A stretch of 32,000 bases of DNA from Candidatus Karelsulcia muelleri PSPU (lineage in GTDB: Bacteria > Bacteroidota > Bacteroidia > Flavobacteriales > Blattabacteriaceae). Numbering within the stretch: the stretch's first letter is position 1; every line of letters begins with the position of its first letter. Positions 8,953 to 17,907 of the stretch are shown here, piece by piece. Both the position numbers and the translations under genes were made by a program. The DNA lies in the NCBI RefSeq assembly GCF_000829155.1, contig NZ_AP013293.1, positions 60,001 through 92,000 of the forward strand. Reading direction: 5' to 3'. The notes below the pieces were generated by a model. It saw only the letters and a list, made by a program, of their open reading frames with translations, was not told the DNA's origin and made no database searches.

Positions 8953-9912
8953 TTGAAAAAAAAAAAAAATTACTTTATTTACAATAAAAAAGTAAAATGG
9001 TGTCCAGGATGTGGAAATTTTTCTATTTTAAAACAGATTAAATCTCTTTTATCAGAAATAGGTGTTAAAAAAGAAAAAATTGTTTTTGTATCCGGGATAG
9101 GTTGTTCTTCTAGATTACCCTATTATTTAAATACATTTGGAATCCATGGAATTCATGGAAGAGCTCCTTCTATTGCAACAGGTATAAAATTATCAAATCC
9201 AAATTTGAGTGTATGGATTATTACAGGAGATGGAGATGGATTATCTATAGGAGTGAATCATCTTCTTCATTTATTTAGAAGAAATATAAATGTTAATATA
9301 TTATTATTTAATAATAAAATATATGGATTAACAAAAGGACAATATTCTCCAACATCTTCTTTTGGGAAAAAAACTAAATATTCTCCTTTAGGAACTATTG
9401 AAAGACCTTTTAATACTTTATCATTAGCTTTAGGATCTGGTGCTACTTTTGTAGCACGTAGTATAGATATAAATACTAAACATTTAAAAAAAATGCTTAT
9501 AGAAAGTAATAACCATAAAGGAACTTCTTTTTTAGAAATATATCAAAATTGTAATATATTTAATAATGGAGTTTTTTCTTCTTTTTCAAAGAAAAAACAA
9601 AAATCTCTATATTTAGAGCCAAATAAACCTTTATTATTTGGAACTAAATGTATTATATTAAATAATAATAAAATAAAAATTAAATTATATAATAAGTATA
9701 TAAATAACAAATTATGGATACATGATATATATAATATAAATAAAGCATTTTTTTTATCATATTTTTTTTATGAAAAAAAATATAAATCATTTCCATGTCC
9801 TTTTGGAGTTATATATAAAAAAAATATATATACTTATGAGAAAATTTTTAATAAAAAAAATTATAATTTAAAAAAAATATCTTTAGATAAAATTTTATCA
9901 GGTAAAAAATAA
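8953..9912 (+). CDS. korB: 2-oxoglutarate (2-oxoacid):ferredoxin oxidoreductase, beta subunit
   Basis: N-terminal WCPGCGNF, then GIGCSSR, then the TPP motif GDGDGLSIGVNH...NNKIYGLTKGQ. TTG start, with an in-frame TAA at 8935-8937. Confidence 0.85.
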   Translation: MKKKKNYFIYNKKVKWCPGCGNFSILKQIKSLLSEIGVKKEKIVFVSGIGCSSRLPYYLNTFGIHGIHGRAPSIATGIKLSNPNLSVWIITGDGDGLSIGVNHLLHLFRRNINVNILLFNNKIYGLTKGQYSPTSSFGKKTKYSPLGTIERPFNTLSLALGSGATFVARSIDINTKHLKKMLIESNNHKGTSFLEIYQNCNIFNNGVFSSFSKKKQKSLYLEPNKPLLFGTKCIILNNNKIKIKLYNKYINNKLWIHDIYNINKAFFLSYFFYEKKYKSFPCPFGVIYKKNIYTYEKIFNKKNYNLKKISLDKILSGKK

Positions 9913-9921
9913 TATTTAAAT

Positions 9922-11199
9922 ATGTTAAAAGTTTCTTTTATAAAAAAGAATAAAAAAAAAATTTTTTTGGGATTAAAAAAACGTAATTACTATAAATTTT
10001 ATATAATTAATTATATATTAATTCTTAATAAAGAAAGTAAAAAACTAAAATTTAAATTAGATAATTTAAGATATTATATTAATTTTTTTTCAAAAAAAAT
10101 AGAATTTTTTTTCAAAAAATGTGAAAAAGAAAAAATAAAAATAATGATTAATTATTCTTTTTTTTTAAAAAAAAAAAGAAAAGAAAAAAATAAAAAATTA
10201 AAAAAAATAAATAATAAAATATTTGAAAATCTTATTAAGATTCCTAATATTCCTTTTGAAGAAGGTAAAAAAAAAAACAATCTATTAGATATAGATAATA
10301 AAATTTATTCTAAAAAAGAATTTTTTTTAAAAAAAAATGAAAAAATTCTTTCTCATTGGGAATTAGGTAATAAATTTAATCTTTTTAGTACAAAAATAGG
10401 ATCTATTATATCTGGTAATGGATTTAATGTATTTATTAATAAAGGAGCTTTATTACAACGAAGTTTAATACAATATTTTTTAGATAAAAATATATCATCC
10501 GGATATATAGAATATGTTCTTCCATATCTTGTAAAGAAAAATTCTGTGTATGGTACAGGTCAAATTCCAGATAAAAAATCTCAAATGTATCATATAAATT
10601 ATGATAATTTATATCTTATACCAACAGGAGAAGTTCCATTAATAAATATTTTTTGTAATAAAATTTTTAAAGAATCAGAATTACCTATAAAAGCAACAAC
10701 TTATACTTCTTGTTTTAGAAGAGAATCAGGATCATATGGGACTAAAGTTCGTTGTTTAAATAGATTACATCAATTTGATAAAGTTGAAATTATTCAAATA
10801 AATACATGTAAAAATTCATATTTCTCATTTAATGAGATGGTTAATCATATTAAAGATTTATTAATATCATTAGATTTACCATTTAGGATAATTAAATTAT
10901 GTGGAAATGATTTAGGCTTTACTTCAGCTTTAACTTATGATTTTGAGGTTTATTCTCCTGGACAAAAAAAATGGTTAGAAGTTAGTTCAGTATCAAATTG
11001 TACAAATTTTCAATCAAATAGAATTAAATTAAAATATCGTTCATATAATGGTAAAATAAAATTATGTCATACCTTAAATGGAAGTTCTTTAGCTATACCC
11101 AGAATTATATCAGCTATAATAGAAAATTATCAAACTAAAAATTATATAATAATACCTAAAGTATTGATTCCATATATGAAAATGGAAAAATTATTATAA
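9922..11199 (+). CDS. serS: Seryl-tRNA synthetase
   Basis: Lys-rich N-terminal coiled-coil arm followed by a class II core (FRRESGSYG, HQFDKVE, TLNGSSLAIPR). 425 aa. Confidence 0.92.
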   Translation: MLKVSFIKKNKKKIFLGLKKRNYYKFYIINYILILNKESKKLKFKLDNLRYYINFFSKKIEFFFKKCEKEKIKIMINYSFFLKKKRKEKNKKLKKINNKIFENLIKIPNIPFEEGKKKNNLLDIDNKIYSKKEFFLKKNEKILSHWELGNKFNLFSTKIGSIISGNGFNVFINKGALLQRSLIQYFLDKNISSGYIEYVLPYLVKKNSVYGTGQIPDKKSQMYHINYDNLYLIPTGEVPLINIFCNKIFKESELPIKATTYTSCFRRESGSYGTKVRCLNRLHQFDKVEIIQINTCKNSYFSFNEMVNHIKDLLISLDLPFRIIKLCGNDLGFTSALTYDFEVYSPGQKKWLEVSSVSNCTNFQSNRIKLKYRSYNGKIKLCHTLNGSSLAIPRIISAIIENYQTKNYIIIPKVLIPYMKMEKLL

Positions 11200-11224
11200 T
11201 TTTAAATAAAATTAATAAATATAT

Positions 11225-11452
11225 ATGTCAAAATATTGTGAAATAACAGGAAAAAAAAAAATTAAGGGTAATAAAGTATCACATGCAAATAATAAAATTA
11301 AACGTTTTTTTAATATAAATATAAGTAAAAAACGTTTTTTTATAAAAAAAAAAAATAAATGGATTACTTTAAAAATTACTTCTGCAGGAATAAAAATTAT
11401 AAATAAAATTGGAATTGAAAGAATTTTAAAAATTAATAATATTAAATATTAA
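11225..11452 (+). CDS. rpmB: 50S ribosomal protein L28
   Basis: [24 protein letters not shown] is a typical bL28 N-terminus. 75 aa, directly upstream of rpmG. Confidence 0.9.
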   Translation: MSKYCEITGKKKIKGNKVSHANNKIKRFFNINISKKRFFIKKKNKWITLKITSAGIKIINKIGIERILKINNIKY

Positions 11453-11457
11453 AAAAT

Positions 11458-11640
11458 ATGGCAAAAAAAAAAATAAGAATTCAAGTAATAATAGAATGTA
11501 CTGAACATAAAAATAGTGGTTTATCTGGTACATCTAGATATATTACTACAAAAAATAAAAATAATAATCCAGAAAGATTAAAATTAAAAAAATATAATCC
11601 AATTTTAAATAGATATACAATACATAAAGAAATAAAATAA
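11458..11640 (+). CDS. rpmG: 50S ribosomal protein L33
   Basis: 60 aa, with ...ECTEHK...[10 protein letters not shown]...[11 protein letters not shown]... following the typical bL33 pattern. Confidence 0.9.
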   Translation: MAKKKIRIQVIIECTEHKNSGLSGTSRYITTKNKNNNPERLKLKKYNPILNRYTIHKEIK

Positions 11641-11641
11641 C

Positions 11642-11794
11642 ATGGCAAAAAAAAATAAATCTAATATTCAAAATAAAATTATAAAAAAAATGACTAAAAT
11701 TTTATTTATGGTTAAAAAAAATAAAAATTATTCTTTTAAAGAAAAAATGATTAATTTTAATGATGTAAATCATTTTTTATTAAAATTAATGTAG
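11642..11794 (+). CDS. Small basic protein of the DUF4295 type (conserved rpmB-rpmG neighbour in Bacteroidota)
   Basis: Not in the ORF track. Hand translation gives MAKKNKSNIQNKIIKKMTKILFMVKKNKNYSFKEKMINFNDVNHFLLKLM (50 aa, TAG stop). ATG lies 1 nt after the rpmG stop. Size, the MAKK start and position match my recollection of the DUF4295 family. Confidence 0.65.
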   Translation: MAKKNKSNIQNKIIKKMTKILFMVKKNKNYSFKEKMINFNDVNHFLLKLM

Positions 11795-11869
11795 GGTGAA
11801 TGACCGGAATCGAACCGGCAACCCTTAGAACCACAATCTAATGCTCTAACCAATTGAGCTACATTCACC
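11795..11869 (-). tRNA. tRNA-His (anticodon GUG), with encoded G-1
   Basis: Reverse complement folds as G/GTGAATG/TA/GCTC-AATTGGTTA-GAGC/A/TTAGA-TTGTGGT-TCTAA/GGGTT/GCCGG-TTCGATT-CCGGT/CATTCAC/C, 75 nt. G-1 sits opposite C73, as in bacterial tRNA-His. Confidence 0.93.
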
Positions 11870-11880
11870 AATACAAATAA

Positions 11881-12813
11881 TTATTTTATTAAAAAATTTA
11901 ATTTTTTTATTAAAAACTTTATCCTTTTAGGAATAGGACATATAAAATTTTTTTTTTTTATATATATTGGATGTATATATTCTATATAATAAGCATGTAA
12001 AGCTTGATATTTTATTTTTTTTACAAAATTTTTTATAAATTTTTCTTTTTTATGGCCTACATAATTTTTATCATTAAATATTGGATGTCCAATATATTTT
12101 AAATGTACTCTAATTTGATGAGTACGTCCAGTTTCTAAAGTACATTTTAAAAGAGTAACATATTTAAATCTTTCTAACACTTTATAGTGTGTAATTGAAA
12201 ATTTACCATTTTTTACATTAGTAAAAAAATTCATATATATATTTGTTTTTACACATCTTCCAATATTACAGATAATAGTTCCTTTATTTTTTTTTATATT
12301 TCCCCAAACTAAAGTAATATAGTTTCTGGTAATTTTATTACCAATAAATTGTTTTGAAATTTTTTTTTTTATATTTTTATCTTTTGCAACTAAAATTAAA
12401 CCACTTGTTTCTTTATCTATTCTATGAACTAAATTAGGAATTTTTTTATAAAAATGATTAATTTTATTTTTATTTAAATAAAAATATAAACCATTTATTA
12501 GAGTATTAGACTCATTACCATTACCTGGATGAACAACTAAACCAGATTGTTTATTAATAATTAAGATGTATTCATCTTCATAAATTATATTTAATTTTAA
12601 ATGATCATATATGATTTTCTTTTTTATGGAAGAAAATATAATATCAATTATATCATTTTTTTTTATTAAAAAATTTTTTTTAATTAAAATTTTATTTACA
12701 TAAATATTTCCTTTTTTTATTAATTTTTGTAGAATATTTCTATTAATATTAGAAAATTTATAAAATAAATATTTATCTATTCTTATTAATTTTTCTTTAT
12801 TATTTACTATAAT
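11881..12813 (-). CDS. rluD: 23S rRNA pseudouridine synthase, RluA/RluD family with S4 domain (start codon uncertain)
   Basis: The ORF track shows only the last 117 aa, from ATG at 12234. The same frame is open up to 12834 and encodes LIRIDKYL...KKGNIYVN (S4), LVVHPGNGNESNTLINGL, HRIDKETSGLILVAK and ITLVWG. It contains no ATG, GTG, TTG or CTG. Start provisionally placed at ATT 12813 (ATA at 12810 is the alternative). Confidence 0.75.
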   Translation of the reverse strand: MIVNNKEKLIRIDKYLFYKFSNINRNILQKLIKKGNIYVNKILIKKNFLIKKNDIIDIIFSSIKKKIIYDHLKLNIIYEDEYILIINKQSGLVVHPGNGNESNTLINGLYFYLNKNKINHFYKKIPNLVHRIDKETSGLILVAKDKNIKKKISKQFIGNKITRNYITLVWGNIKKNKGTIICNIGRCVKTNIYMNFFTNVKNGKFSITHYKVLERFKYVTLLKCTLETGRTHQIRVHLKYIGHPIFNDKNYVGHKKEKFIKNFVKKIKYQALHAYYIEYIHPIYIKKKNFICPIPKRIKFLIKKLNFLIK

Positions 12814-12868
12814 TTTTTTTTTATCATGTTTTTTTTATTTATAATATAAATAAAATAATTATTAAAAA

Positions 12869-13627
12869 TTGAGATTTTTTTTAGAAATATCTTATCATGG
12901 TGCATTATTTTATGGATGGCAAATTCAAAATAAAAATATTTCAGTACAAGAAACAATAGAAAAATGTTTAAGTTTTTTATTAAAAAAAAATATTAAAATT
13001 ATAGGAGCAGGAAGAACAGATGCAGGGGTACATGCAATACAAATGTTTGCTCATTTTGATTTTAATCAAAATCTATTATTAATAGATAAAAATATTAAAT
13101 TTAAATTAAATTATTTTTTACCTTTAAATATTAAAATAAAAAATTTTTTTTCTGTAAAAAAAAAAATTCATGCTCGTTTTAATGTTCTAAGTAGAGTTTA
13201 TGAATATAGAATATTTTTAGAAAAAAATCCTTTTTATCTTGATACAAGTTGGCAATGGTTATCTAAAAAAAAAATAAAAATAAAAATTTTAAATAAAGGA
13301 GCAAAATTACTTAAAAAATATAAAGATTATAGTAGTTTTTGTAAAAACAAAAGTAATAATAAAACATATATATGTAATATTTTTTATGCAAAATGGATTT
13401 TAAAAAAAAAAAAATTATTTTTTTATATTGAAGCAAATAGATTTTTAAGGAATATGGTAAGATCTATAGTAGGAACTATAATTGAGTTAGGAATAAAAAA
13501 AATAACACTAAAAGATTTTATTAAAATAATAGAAGCTAAAAATATACATTTAGCAGGAATTTCTGCACCAGCAAAAGGTCTTTTTTTAAAAAAAATTAAT
13601 TATCCAATTAATATTTATTTATTTTAA
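12869..13627 (+). CDS. truA: tRNA pseudouridine(38-40) synthase
   Basis: [19 protein letters not shown] and [11 protein letters not shown] (catalytic Asp). The TTG start is forced by an in-frame TAA at 12863-12865. Confidence 0.9.
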   Translation: MRFFLEISYHGALFYGWQIQNKNISVQETIEKCLSFLLKKNIKIIGAGRTDAGVHAIQMFAHFDFNQNLLLIDKNIKFKLNYFLPLNIKIKNFFSVKKKIHARFNVLSRVYEYRIFLEKNPFYLDTSWQWLSKKKIKIKILNKGAKLLKKYKDYSSFCKNKSNNKTYICNIFYAKWILKKKKLFFYIEANRFLRNMVRSIVGTIIELGIKKITLKDFIKIIEAKNIHLAGISAPAKGLFLKKINYPINIYLF

Positions 13628-16600
13628 TAATTTAGATCATCAATCATATAAATTTTTTTAAATTTTGTGAATCCAGTTCCTGCAGGAATTTTATTACCTA
13701 CTATAACATTTTCTTTTAATCCATTTAAATAATCAGTTTTATTTTTTATAGCAGCCTCTGTTAAAACTTTTGTAGTTTCTTGAAAAGAAGCAGCAGAAAT
13801 AAAAGATTTAGTTTGTAAAGCAGCTTTAGTTATACCTTGAATTATTGGTTTAGATATAGCTATATTTGTATTTCTAAATTTTAACTGTTTTTTATTTGAA
13901 AAAAATAAAAACTTATTTTCTTTTATAAGATCTTTAATATAAATTAAATCTCCTTTAACAAATTTTTTAGAATCACCTGATTCTTCTATAACTTTCATTT
14001 CTAAAATTTTTTTATTTTCTTCTATAAAAGTTTTTTTAAACTCAATATTTCCTTCTAAAAACTTAGAATCTCCTGATTTTATAATTTTTACTTTTTGCAT
14101 CATTTGTCTTACTATAATTTCAAAATGTTTATCATTAATTTTAACCCCTTGTAAACGATATACTTTTTGTATTTCATTAATTAAATATTTTTGAGCAGCT
14201 TTTAATCCTTTTATATTTAAAATATCATATAGTGATATATCTCCATCTGATAAAGGCCTTCCTGCTTTGATAAAATCATTTTCTTGTACAATAATTTGTT
14301 TTGATCTTCTTATTAAATATTTCTTTTTTTTTCCTCTTTTAGATTTTATAATTATTTCTTTATTTCCTCTTTTTAATTTTCCAAAACTAACTATTCCATC
14401 TATTTCAGATATTATTGCAGAATTTGAAGGATTTCTGGCTTCAAATAATTCTGATAAACGTGGTAATCCCCCTGTTATATCTCCTGATTGAAAATATTTT
14501 CTAGGTGTTTTTATTAAAATAGTTCCTTCATTTATATAGTCTCCATCATTTACTATTAAATGTCCCCCTATAGGTAAATTATAAGTTTTTAATACTTTAT
14601 TTTTTTTATTTACTATTTTTAAAGTAGGTATTATATTTTTTACTTCCAAAATAATTTTTTCTTTAAAACCAGTTTGTTCGTCTATTTGAACTTTAAAAGT
14701 AAGTCCTTTTTCAAGATTTTCATATTTTATTATTCCTGATAATTCTGCTATAATAACAGCATTATATGGATCCCAACTACATATAATTTCATCTTTTTTT
14801 AAAAATTTTTTATTATAAACAAATAATTTAGATCCATATGGAATATTTTTTTTCATTAAAACTACTCCATTTTTATTTAATAAAAAGATTTCAGATGATC
14901 TAGAAACAACTATTTTTTCCAAATTATTTTTTACTACTTTAATATCTTTATATTTTATTATTCCATCATATTTAGCTTTTATTTTTGAAGATTTATATAT
15001 ATTACCAGCTGTTCCTCCAACATGAAAAGTTCGAAGTGTAAGTTGTGTACCTGGTTCACCAATTGATTGTGCTGCTATTACTCCTATTGCTTCTCCTTTT
15101 TGAACCATAAAACCGTTAGCAAGATTTTTTCCATAACATTTTATACAAATTCCTGTTTTAGACTTACATGTAAGAGTAGATCTAACTTCAATACTATCTA
15201 TTGAAGCTTCTGTTATCAATTTTAGTTTTTTTTTATTTATTATTTCAGATGATTTTATCAATAATTTATTATTAATAGGATTATAAACATTTTTTAAAAC
15301 TATCCGACCTAAAATTCTAGATGAGAATGGTTCTATTATTTCTTCATTTTTTTTTAATGCAGATATTCTTATTCCTAAAGATGATTTACAATCATTTTCT
15401 TTTATAATTATATCTTGTGCTGAATCCACTAAACGTCTTGTTAAATATCCAGCATCTGCTGTTTTTAAAGCAGTATCAGCTAATCCTTTTCTTGCTCCAT
15501 GTGTAGATATAAAATATTCTAATATAGATAATCCTTCTAAAAAATTAGATAAAATTGGATTTTCTATAATTTCTGAACCTATTAAACTTGTTTTTTGAGG
15601 TTTTGCCATTAATCCTCTCATTCCAGATAATTGACGTATTTGTTCTTTTGAACTTCTAGCTCCAGAATCTAGCATCATATAGATTGAATTAAATCCTTGT
15701 TTACTATATTGCATATAATTCATAACTTTTTCTGTTAATTTAGCATTAGTATTAGTCCATATATCAATTATTTTATTATAACGTTCATTATTAGTTATTA
15801 ATCCCATATTATAATGGGATTTAACCAAATCAACTTTTTCCATAGCTTTTTTAATCATTTTTTTTTTTTCTTTTGGAATTTTTATATCATTTATATTAAA
15901 AGATAAACCTCCTTTAAATGCATGATAAAATCCTAATTCTTTTATTTCATCTAAAAATTTTGCTGTAGTAGGTATATTGGTTTTATTTAATATCTTAGAA
16001 ATTATCTCTCTTAAAGATTTTTTTGTTAATAATTCATTTATATATCCTACTTGTTTTGGAACAACTATATTAAATAAAACTCGACCTACTGTCGTTTCTA
16101 TAATTTTTGATATTAATTCATTGTTTTGTAACATTTTAACTTTAACTTTCATTATTGCATGAATATCTACAATTTTATTATTATAAGCTATTTCCACTTC
16201 TTCAAGAGAAGAAAAACACATACCCTCTCCTTTAATTTTTTTTTCAGGAGTAGATTTTAATTCTTTAGTCATATAATATAACCCTAATACCATATCTTGT
16301 GATGGTACTGTAATAGGATCTCCATTAGCAGGATTTAAAATATTTTGTGATGCTAACATTAATAATTTAGCTTCTAAAATGGCTTCAGTTGATAATGGAA
16401 GATGTACGGCCATTTGATCTCCATCAAAATCGGCATTAAATGCCGAACAAACTAATGGATGTAATTCTATTGCTTTTCCTTCAATAAGTTTAGGTTGAAA
16501 TGATTGAATTCCTAATCTATGAAGTGTAGGTGCTCTATTTAATAAAACAGGATGACCTTTTACAAGATTTTCTAAAATATCCCAGATCATTGGATATTTT

Positions 16601-17847
16601 TTGTCTATAAGTCTTTTAGCTGATTTTACTGTTTTTACAATACCTCTTTCAAGAAGAATTTTAATTATAAAAGGTTTATAAATTTCAGCTGCTATATATT
16701 TAGGTAATCCACATTCATTTAATTTTAATTTTGGACCTACTACTATTACTGATCTTGCTGAATAATCTACTCTTTTACCTAAAAGATTTTGTCTAAAACG
16801 ACCTTGTTTTCCTTTTAAGGAATCAGATAAAGATTTTAAGGGTCTATTAGATTCTGATTTTATTGCTGTAATTTTTCTAGAATTATCAAAAAGTGAATCT
16901 ACAGATTCTTGTAACATTCTTTTTTCATTACGTAATATTATTTCAGGAGCTTTAATTTCTATTAATCTTTTTAATCTATTATTACGAATTAAAATTCTTC
17001 TATAAAAATCATTTAAATCAGAAGAAGCAAACCTTCCCCCATCTAAAGGGACTAAAGGACGTAATTCTGGAGGAATTACAGGAATAACTTTAAAAATAAG
17101 ATTTGTCAATTTACCTCCTTTTTTTTCTCCTTCTTTAAAACTTTCTACTACATTTAATCTTTTGAAAGATTCAAATCTTCTTTGTTTAGATGTTTCCTTA
17201 TTTGCTTGATTTTTTAAAGAAGATGATAACAGTTTTAAATCAACATTTTTTAATAATTGTTTTAAACATTCAGCTCCCATTTTAGCAATAAATTTATTTG
17301 GATCATTATTAGATAAATATTGATTTTCTTTTGGAAGATAATTTAATATAAAGAGATATTCTTCTTCAGTTAATAAACTGAATTTTTTTATATATAAATT
17401 TTTATAATCTTGTGCAATTCCTGGTTGTATTACTACATAACGTTCATAATAAATTATCAGATCCAGTTTTTTAGATGATAAACCTAAAACATATCCTATT
17501 TTATTTGGAAGAGATCTAAATCCCCATATATGTACTATAGGTACTATTAAATTAATATGGCCAATTCTGTAACGACGAACTTGTTTTTCTATTATTTCGA
17601 CGCCACATCTATCGCAGATTAATCCTTTATAACGTTTTTTTTTATATTTACCACAAACACATTCAAAATCTTTTGTAGGACCAAAAATACGTTCACAAAA
17701 AAGACCATCTAATTCAGGTCTATGAGTACGATAATTTATAGTTTCTGGTTTTAAGACTTCTCCATATGAATCTTTTAAAATATCTTCAGAGGAAGAAAAA
17801 CTAATAGTTACTTTTTTAAAAGAATTATCTATTATTTCATAATTCAT
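13624..17847 (-). CDS. rpoC: DNA-directed RNA polymerase subunit beta'
   Basis: 1407 aa with zinc-binding CxCGK...CDRCGVE, the catalytic NADFDGDQM, and trigger-loop and bridge-helix regions. Confidence 0.98.
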   Translation of the reverse strand: MNYEIIDNSFKKVTISFSSSEDILKDSYGEVLKPETINYRTHRPELDGLFCERIFGPTKDFECVCGKYKKKRYKGLICDRCGVEIIEKQVRRYRIGHINLIVPIVHIWGFRSLPNKIGYVLGLSSKKLDLIIYYERYVVIQPGIAQDYKNLYIKKFSLLTEEEYLFILNYLPKENQYLSNNDPNKFIAKMGAECLKQLLKNVDLKLLSSSLKNQANKETSKQRRFESFKRLNVVESFKEGEKKGGKLTNLIFKVIPVIPPELRPLVPLDGGRFASSDLNDFYRRILIRNNRLKRLIEIKAPEIILRNEKRMLQESVDSLFDNSRKITAIKSESNRPLKSLSDSLKGKQGRFRQNLLGKRVDYSARSVIVVGPKLKLNECGLPKYIAAEIYKPFIIKILLERGIVKTVKSAKRLIDKKYPMIWDILENLVKGHPVLLNRAPTLHRLGIQSFQPKLIEGKAIELHPLVCSAFNADFDGDQMAVHLPLSTEAILEAKLLMLASQNILNPANGDPITVPSQDMVLGLYYMTKELKSTPEKKIKGEGMCFSSLEEVEIAYNNKIVDIHAIMKVKVKMLQNNELISKIIETTVGRVLFNIVVPKQVGYINELLTKKSLREIISKILNKTNIPTTAKFLDEIKELGFYHAFKGGLSFNINDIKIPKEKKKMIKKAMEKVDLVKSHYNMGLITNNERYNKIIDIWTNTNAKLTEKVMNYMQYSKQGFNSIYMMLDSGARSSKEQIRQLSGMRGLMAKPQKTSLIGSEIIENPILSNFLEGLSILEYFISTHGARKGLADTALKTADAGYLTRRLVDSAQDIIIKENDCKSSLGIRISALKKNEEIIEPFSSRILGRIVLKNVYNPINNKLLIKSSEIINKKKLKLITEASIDSIEVRSTLTCKSKTGICIKCYGKNLANGFMVQKGEAIGVIAAQSIGEPGTQLTLRTFHVGGTAGNIYKSSKIKAKYDGIIKYKDIKVVKNNLEKIVVSRSSEIFLLNKNGVVLMKKNIPYGSKLFVYNKKFLKKDEIICSWDPYNAVIIAELSGIIKYENLEKGLTFKVQIDEQTGFKEKIILEVKNIIPTLKIVNKKNKVLKTYNLPIGGHLIVNDGDYINEGTILIKTPRKYFQSGDITGGLPRLSELFEARNPSNSAIISEIDGIVSFGKLKRGNKEIIIKSKRGKKKKYLIRRSKQIIVQENDFIKAGRPLSDGDISLYDILNIKGLKAAQKYLINEIQKVYRLQGVKINDKHFEIIVRQMMQKVKIIKSGDSKFLEGNIEFKKTFIEENKKILEMKVIEESGDSKKFVKGDLIYIKDLIKENKFLFFSNKKQLKFRNTNIAISKPIIQGITKAALQTKSFISAASFQETTKVLTEAAIKNKTDYLNGLKENVIVGNKIPAGTGFTKFKKIYMIDDLNY

Positions 17848-17850
17848 AAT

Positions 17851-17870
17851 TAATTTAATTTAATTTAATT
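17851..17870. repeat. Pentanucleotide microsatellite (TAATT)x4 in the rpoB-rpoC spacer
   Basis: Four perfect tandem TAATT units read directly from the sequence, followed by a T10-A9 block at 17886-17904. Confidence 0.9.
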
Positions 17871-17907
17871 TATTAAATTTAATAATTTTTTTTTTAAAAA
17901 AAAATTA

